In this document: piece by piece, positions 55,061-64,000 of the stretch
How positions within the stretch are numbered: the stretch's first letter is position 1
Layout of the letters: every line of letters begins with the position of its first letter
From: Prorocentrum cordatum
Taxonomy: Eukaryota
Direction: 5' to 3'
Assembly (NCBI GenBank): GCA_963575745.1
Contig: CAUYUJ010000317.1
Span: 1 to 64,000, forward strand
DNA: 64,000 bases
Made by a program: the position numbers and the translations under genes
Notes under the pieces: model-generated
The model's input: only the letters and a program-made list of their open reading frames with translations
Databases searched by the model: none
Told to the model about the DNA's origin: nothing

Positions 55061-56651
55061 TTGGAAAGCCCCCCGTGCGCCGGCAAGGCCCCGGGCAGCC
55101 CGACGCTTGTGGTCGGGGGGGCCAGCCCGGGGGCCCCCGGACACTGTTCCCCGTTGCATGCCCGAGTTCCTTGGGGCTCTCTGTGCTTTGTTGGACACGC
55201 CGACGATTCCAAACAAAAAACGCGCAGGAGCCCCTGGAGATTATTCTACGATTCCGTGAAGGTAACATGGAGAATCCGTGCGAAACCAATGCGACACCCT
55301 ACTGCCCCGTAGGATGCCCCACACAAATCCCAAGGTTTCTGATTAAATCCGTAGGCCTGAGGGCGCCTGAGGGATTCCACAGGACTCGTCAAGCACGATG
55401 GAAACCAGTAGGGTTCCTAGGACCTCTTCGGGTTCCTAGGAAGAGCCCCCCCACGGCTCAAAAGTCGAATGGCATCCCGATGGAATCGCGCGAAGTCCAC
55501 CAGGAAACCTAGACTTGTTAAACACCTACGAACACAAAATGAAAGTTTTTCCAAAGGCCAAAACAACACATGCAAAGAAAAACACTGTGACACACACTTG
55601 AAACATTGTAAATTGTGTCGATGCGAAAAAACTATGCCATACAAACTCCAAAACACGGTTGTCTAAGATTATGTGTTCTAGCCGATAAGATTTACCCGAT
55701 AAGATGTGCCATGACTTGCATTCGCACGCGACTTGCAGGGAACGATGTTTGTTTGGCAGGGCCGCTTGCTGTCAAACAACAACGAACAAAAAGAAGTCGA
55801 AAATGCATTAATGCATAGAGTCTTTCTGTTGTCTGGATGTTTCAGTTCGCCGTTGAAATAGGACTTGTTATAAATTGGATGATCACGCGGATTGCACGAA
55901 GAGAGGTTCCCTTGATGATTTGCTTGTTTTCAAATAGTAATGAGCCCCAACAAAAATAAAAACCTGAGGGGGCATCGTTTCCAGATTGTTCAATGAATTA
56001 TGTTGTGTTAGAATTGGCTACCGATTGCTTACCTGCGCAACGTGTACGAAACGTTACTTTCTTGGTGCTTCGGCTGTTCTCCTCAAAAAACCTCAGTCGT
56101 TGCTCGCGGGCGGCCCAGGCCGACGGACCTGAGGCGGGCGCGGGCGCGGCCGGCTCGCAGCGCGCTCAGAGCCGGGGGAACTCTCGTTCCTTACCTGCCG
56201 ACAGGATGTCCTTCACAAAAGGTACCTAGATCAACCACACCACGTCAGCCAACGGCCTGAACGAGCGTTTCGATGCGCTCATGCCGAAAAGCTCTACGAG
56301 GCACTGGGAGCCGGCGGTAAACCGTCAACCAGGTCACCGCCAGACGATGTCTCTTCCCAGACATCTTTCAATCAAATACTCCACCTAGAGCCCCGAGAAT
56401 TCCACCATTGAACGCGATACTCGACTGCAGGCAACGATAGTCTGGATTGTGAACAACGATCCTTGGAAAATCTCACAATCTTTGAAACACATGTATCCCG
56501 ATGGCCGACAGCTCCTTCTAATTCGCGAGAGCTGTGCGATGGCAGGAGCCCTGAGAATTGCACCATCGGACGCGCCATGATCGATTGCACGGCGAAATAA
56601 TCTGGATTCTTTTTTTTTTTATATATATATATATATATATTATTATATATA

Positions 56652-56688
<37 letters not shown>

Positions 56689-56728
56689 CAAAAAACAAAA
56701 AAAACAAAAAAAAAAAAAAAAAAAAAAA

Positions 56729-59060
56729 TGGGGGCCGGCAGTAAACCGTCGCCCTTGGCAACCGCGGGGAACTCGTAGAGCTTCCTCGTGCAATGCGGGC
56801 GCGGCGCAGCTCGAGTTAAGTCAAGGAAACCATCACCATCACCAAAAAGTTAGCAGAGTACAAATAGTTGTTCGGCTCCAGCGCTGATAGCAGACCGAGG
56901 TCTGCCGTCTAGATACTTTAGACTCGCGCGCGTGAGGATGTCCTTCCCATTGCTGCGCTGAACAGCTCTGTCGCTCATCTGCAGCTCGAGGTAGTCAAGA
57001 ACATCATTACCAGTTAGCAGGGTACAGGTACTTTTTCGGCCCCAGCGCTGATAGCAGACCAAGTTCAGGCGTCTAGATACTTCAAACTAGCGCGCCTGAT
57101 GATTTCGTTCCGATTGCTGTGCCAAACAACTCTGTAGCTCCTCTCCAGCTCGAGTTAGGTCAAGACAACCATCACCATATCCAGAAAATTAGAAAAGACT
57201 ACGAATAATGTTTCGGCTCCAGCGCTGATAGCAGACCGAGTTCAGGCGTCTAGATACTTTGAACTAGCGCGCCTGATGACTTTCCTCCGATTGCTGTGCC
57301 GAACAGCTCTGTAGCTCATCTGCAGCTCGAGTTAAGACAAGAAACCCATCATCATCTCCAAAAAAAGTAGAGTACAAATAGTTTCGCGGCACTAGCTTTG
57401 GTAGCAGACCGAGCTCAGACATCTAGATACTTGAAACGAACGCGCCTGACGATTCTAGATCGACGAGGTGTGCCTACAAGCTCTGTAGCTGTTCTACAGC
57501 CCGAGTTAAGTTGAGAAAACCGACAGCACCTGTCAAGATGACCCGAACATCCGATCCCGCCTGAATGCTTTTTTGCAGTTATATGTACCCGATCGAGCTG
57601 AAATCGAGATGGCGAGCAGGAATAAGAGCGAAGATGAGGGGAAAAATGCTAGAGCTCAAACGAATTGTTGAATTCCGAGAAATGCAATTTAAACAAGTCA
57701 GAAAAGGACAAAACATCCGTCGAGATTTGTTTGGCCAACTAGCCCCCCGGCGCGCCGGAATTACTGGGAGCCGGCGGTAAACCGTCAACCTTGGTTACCG
57801 CCAGGAACTCGTAGAGCTTCCTCGCGCAATGCGGGCGCGGCAATCTCGCATTGCGCGCGCCGAGGGCGCGGTCTCATGGAGGAGGACCTTGAGGAGAAGA
57901 AGGAGTGAGGGGAAAAGCATCTCTGGAAAAAATGATAAACATACCAGACCGAGTTCAGGCGTCTGGAGACTTTGAGCTAGCGCGCCTGTTGAGTTCCTTC
58001 CGATCGCTATGCCGAACAGCGTGAAGAAAACCATCACCATCTCTAAAAAATTAGCAGGGTACGAAGAATAGTTCGGCCCCAGCGCTGATAACAGACCGAG
58101 TTCAGGTGTCTAGATACTTTAAACTAGCGCGCCTGATGATTTCCTTCCGATTGCTATGCCGAACAGCTATGTAGCTCATCTACAGCTCGAGTTATATCAA
58201 GAAAACAAATACCATCTCCAAAAAAAGAGCAGAGTACAAATAGCTCTTCAGACCTACCGCTGATAACAGACCGAGGTCTGTCGTCTAGATACTTCAAACT
58301 AGCGCGCCTGATGATTTCCTTCCGATTGCTGTGCCGAACAGATCTGCAGCTCATCTGCAGCTCGAGTTAAGTCAAGAAAACCATCACAATCTCCAGAAAA
58401 AAAAAATACGAATAGTTGATCGGCCCCAGCGCTGATAGCAGACCGAGGTCAGGCGTCTAGATACTTTAAACCAGCGCGCCTGCTGATTTCCTCCCGGTCG
58501 CTGTGCCGAACAGCTCTGTAGCTCATCTGCAGCTCGAGTTAAGTCTAGAAAACCATCACCATCTCCAAAAAAATAGCAGAGTACGACTAGTTGTTCGGCT
58601 CCAGCGGTGATAGCAGACCGAGTTCAGGCGTCTAGATACTTCAGACTATCGCGCCTGACGATGTCATACCGATTGCTGCGCCAAAAAGCTCTGTAGCTCA
58701 TCTGCAGCTCGAGTTAAGTCAAGAAACTCACCATCATCTCCAACAAAAAAAGGTACGAATAGTTTCGCGGACCTAGCTCGAGTAGCAGACCGAGTTCGGA
58801 CATCTGGATAAGACGAACGCGCCTGACGATTCTAGATCGACCAGGTGTGCCTACAAGCTCTGTAGCTATCCTACAGCTCAAGTTAAGTGCAGAAAACCGA
58901 CAGCACCTGTCAATATGACTCGAAACAGCCGATTCCGCCCCAGACTTTCGGCAGTAGTAGGTACCCGATCGACCTGACATTAAGACGGCGAGCGGGAGGA
59001 AGATCGAATATAAGGAGGAAATAATAGAGCTCTAACGAATGGTTGAATTTCGAAAAATGC
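56729..59060. repeat. ~175-bp tandem array arranged as two higher-order blocks (56729-~57760 and ~57763-59060)
   Basis: The CTCGAG-type anchor occurs at 56810, 56985, 57149, 57326, 57500, then 58186, 58361, 58533, 58708, 58877. Both blocks share a leader, a divergent last unit and a trailer. Confidence 0.92.
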
Positions 59061-60662
59061 ATGTTATTTAAGAATATATCGTTAGAGCTCTATGGTTGAA
59101 TAGAGCTCTAACGAATGGTTTATTATATATATATATACATACATACATACATACATATATATATACACCAGGTTACCCCCGGGACCCTCGTAGAGCTCTC
59201 GAATCACGTAATAGTGCTCAGATGTCGACAAGAAATCTGAAGTGAATATTGGCTTGGAAATGAATGAGTTTATATCCAGTACAATAGGAAGTTGTGTCAT
59301 CAAGTTTTGTAAGTATATTACAGCTAAATATCTCATAATTGAACAGACCGACGAGCCAAAAGATACTAAATGTGCAGAATAATACCAGAGTAATGTAGCT
59401 TGCTTCCAGCTTTTGTCTAATGCACGAAACCATTATCATTTTGGAAATACAACCCGACGGCCGATGGTTCCTCCACGTCTTTTGACTAATATTCCAGCTA
59501 TAGACCTGAGAATTTGACAGGCGAACGCGGCACGACCCCCTCCACGTTACAAGAATAGCGGTTCCCAAATTGTCCGCCGGGGCTGGGTCGGCCAACTACC
59601 TCCACCCCGCGCCAGACTCCCACCAGCCCTCTGGGCGTCGGTGGTTTAGAGCGTTTCCTCTTCCACCCCTCCTTTCCCTTCGGGGGGGGGTCCACCCCTC
59701 CCCCTACCCCCTCCCCACTGACCTGGACAGGGGGGGCCGCGGGTAGTTAGAGCGCCCAAGATGGCCCAACACGGCACCAAGAGGGCCTCAGGGAGCTCAA
59801 GATGACCTCCAAGATGGCTCAAGATAGCGCAAGATGCCTCAAGATGGCCCCCATGATGTTCCAAGACGCTCCAAGAGCTTCCCAAAACGGTTCCAAGCAC
59901 TCACAAGAGCATCACTAGGATGCCTCCAAGAGGCCAAAATGCTTCAAAACCCTTGGGAAAATCAATGTTTTGGTGTTCTCACTTTTTCGCTTGCGACGCA
60001 CATCCGAGGCGCCAAAATGGCTCTAAGATGGCTCAAGATAGCTCCAAAAGGGGCCCAAGAAAGCCCCAAGACGGCGCCAAGAGCGGCAACGAACGCTAGG
60101 AGGCGATTTTAAAGGCTCTACGAGGGCGACGCTAAAAAATGCTTCCGCTTTCTTTGCCAGATCCCCTCCAACATGGCTCTACCAGCGCCTCTGAGGCCTC
60201 CAAGAGCGCTTCAAGAGCGCCCCAAACGACGCCCAAGAGGCCCTCAAGAGGCTCACAAGGTCGTCAAAGATGGGGCAAGACGGCTCCCTGAGAGCCTCGG
60301 GAAGCCCAAGACACCTTCCAAGATAGCCGACGATGGCGCGACCTGCCTCAAGATGGCTCCGACGATGTTTCAAGACGTTCCAAGACTGCTCCAAAACGAT
60401 TCCAACAGGCTGGCTCAAGATATCGCAACCTGCCTCAAGATGGTTCCGAAGATGTTCCAAGACGCTCCAAGACCGTCCCAGGGCGATTCCAAGTGGCCAT
60501 ATGAGCTCTCCAGGATCCCCTTCCCCCTCGCCTACCTATTATTCCTCCTCCGTCATCCCCCTCCCCCTCTTTCTCCTTCCTCCTCCCCCTCCGTCATCCC
60601 CCTCCCCCTCCTCCTCCTCCTCCTCCTCCTCCTCCTCCTCCTCCTCCTCCTCTGCTTCGCAG

Positions 60663-60743
60663 GCCGCCCTGCGCCGCGACGCCACGAGCATTACGGTGAT
60701 GGCACTGGATGGGAAACCAGTGGATGAAGAATCCAGGGCTTGA
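60663..60743 (+). CDS. Possible terminal exon of an unidentified gene (AALRRDATSITVMALDGKPVDEESRA*)
   Basis: A pyrimidine tract and TTCGCAG|G acceptor precede unique sequence ending in TGA. Upstream exons are not established. Confidence 0.25.
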   Translation, partial: AALRRDATSITVMALDGKPVDEESRA

Positions 60744-61534
60744 AGCCAGTGGAACTCCAATCGCGAACTGGCCATGGGCATCGCCACCGCCCTCATCAGA
60801 TAAGGAATCCTCCTGGGTCTGAACGAAGCCTCCTGGGCACACTCCTGAACCAACGCCCCCACCGCATCGTTCTCGCTCTGTCTCCTGAGCAAAACCAGTG
60901 AGCCTGCGTGCCTCCACGCATACGCGTCGATGAGCCTCTGCAGATTGCAACGGATCCGCTACCGGGAGCGGCCCAGCCATCCAACTCTACAACCATGCGG
61001 TGGCGCTAAGCAGGCTGGCTAGACACCCGATCGCTCGCAAATTCGAGCCCCAGGCGCCCTGCACTGCGAATTTGTTATCACGGATCGCACGCCACCAAGC
61101 TCTACGAGCCTCCCCACCAGCAGCCGAGCTGACGGCGCACGACGCGCCCCGCGTCTGCGAGGCGCCCCGACCCTCACACCCGCAAACTTTGGTCGGGCAC
61201 GTCTTCCCACAGGCGGATGTCGGACGAGAAATAAAAACAGCCCACAAACTTTCAAAGACAGTAAAACCAAATCGTCACCAGACTATGTTCTGACAGTGTT
61301 TGAACGTTCCTCCTGTAAAGGGACACGCTCGACGTAACCACACACGCTGCAGCTCGGTTTGTGGGCCATCCTCTCGGCCGGCGGGCGGGCGCGAGCCGCC
61401 CCCCGCAGCGGCACTCTGGGGAGAGCCGCCCCCCCGAAAAAAAAGCGGCTCCCCCGCCGCCCGGCCCCGCTCCGTCCTTTTCCCGCCCCCCCCTCCGCAC
61501 TCCTACCGCCCCCACCCCTTCCTCCAGCCCCCCC

Positions 61535-63130
<1,596 letters not shown>

Positions 63131-64000
63131 ACAGTCACAGCCGTCGCCACCGAGCCCTCTTCCTCGCCCTCTTCATTTTGTTCTTCTCTTTCTCCTTCGT
63201 CTTTTTGTCCTTCTTCTGCTGCCTTCGCGCCATTATCTTCTCCTTCCTTTCCTCGCACAAAAACAACAGTGGAAGGACAGAGACAGAGCAGGCCGAAGTG
63301 ATAGGATGAGAAAGAAAAAAGCAAGAGAACCCTAAGAGAGCCCAAGGGAGAAAATACGCACTGCCACGTCGAACCCTTCGCCGGGGATCACACAAAGAGC
63401 CCCCACAGACGCCCCCGAGAGATCCCGAAAAGGCCCCCTAAGATCTCCGGTAACTGCTAAATAATACTTCTACTTCGCGCGCGCGGGGCGGCCCCTGGGG
63501 GTCCCCGGACGAAAAGAACCCCGGGCGATCCCCGGCAGGGTCGGGCCAGAGATGGCCCCCCTCCTGGGCGCCGCCCCCGCGGCCCTCCAGAGAGCCCCAT
63601 GAAGGGCCACGAGGCCGCTAAGAGCCCTCCAAGATGGTGCAAGAGTGCTCCGAGATGCCACACGATCGTTCCAAGACGGCCAAGATGGCCCCCAGACGCC
63701 CCAAGAGGCCTCCAAGAGCACTCCCCAGAGTGCCCCAAGAGGCAAAATTCATTACTTGTCCTTAGGCTTTGGCCAGATTTTGGCGCGTCCATCTTTTCGG
63801 CTCCCCGACGCCCCAAGACGGCCCATGACGCCCCCAAGATCGCCCCGAAAGGGCCCAAGAAGGTCCCAAGAAGGCCCCAAGATGGCCCAAGAGGGCTCCA
63901 AACAGCCCCAGGGGCATCCAAGACGGCCCAAGAGGGGGCTCAGAGGGGCCCCAGAGGGCCCCAAGCGATGCCCGAAAGGGGGAACACAAAACAAAACTTC

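Noticed and set aside
56806..58890. CRISPR array or integron attC cassette array (GTTAAGT fits GTTRRRY)
   Set aside because: Units are homologous along their whole length with no unique spacers or ORF cassettes. There is no matching RYYYAAC, no cas or integrase gene, and the context is eukaryotic.
59218..59595. AT-rich 125-aa ORF as a foreign or organellar insert
   Set aside because: No recognisable motif. It is better explained as part of the module following the junction motif.

Overview
GC-rich, repeat-dense eukaryotic DNA that is almost certainly dinoflagellate: it carries a genomic relic of the dinoflagellate spliced leader and uses GC donors and AG|G junctions. A Prorocentrum-like origin is inference only. 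Most long ORFs in the track are microsatellite or GC artefacts. Supported content: (1) a decayed CRE-clade RLE non-LTR retrotransposon (~2.5-6.7 kb, +). (2) A frameshifted Helitron relic (~24.1-27.8 kb, -) with a nested TA-flanked insertion. (3) A 6-exon, 411-aa PIN-LIKES/AEC-family transporter gene (40444-51099, -), reconstructed by hand. It has a spliced-leader relic 34 nt upstream of the ATG (retrogene), and several introns look transposon-derived. One intron has no AG acceptor and is closed by a ~19-bp terminal RNA stem. (4) A ~175-bp structured tandem array in two higher-order blocks delimited by a palindromic junction motif (56.3-59.2 kb). (5) Several MITE/TIR families, a foldback, long microsatellites, two 100-N gaps and low-confidence exons of hypothetical genes.
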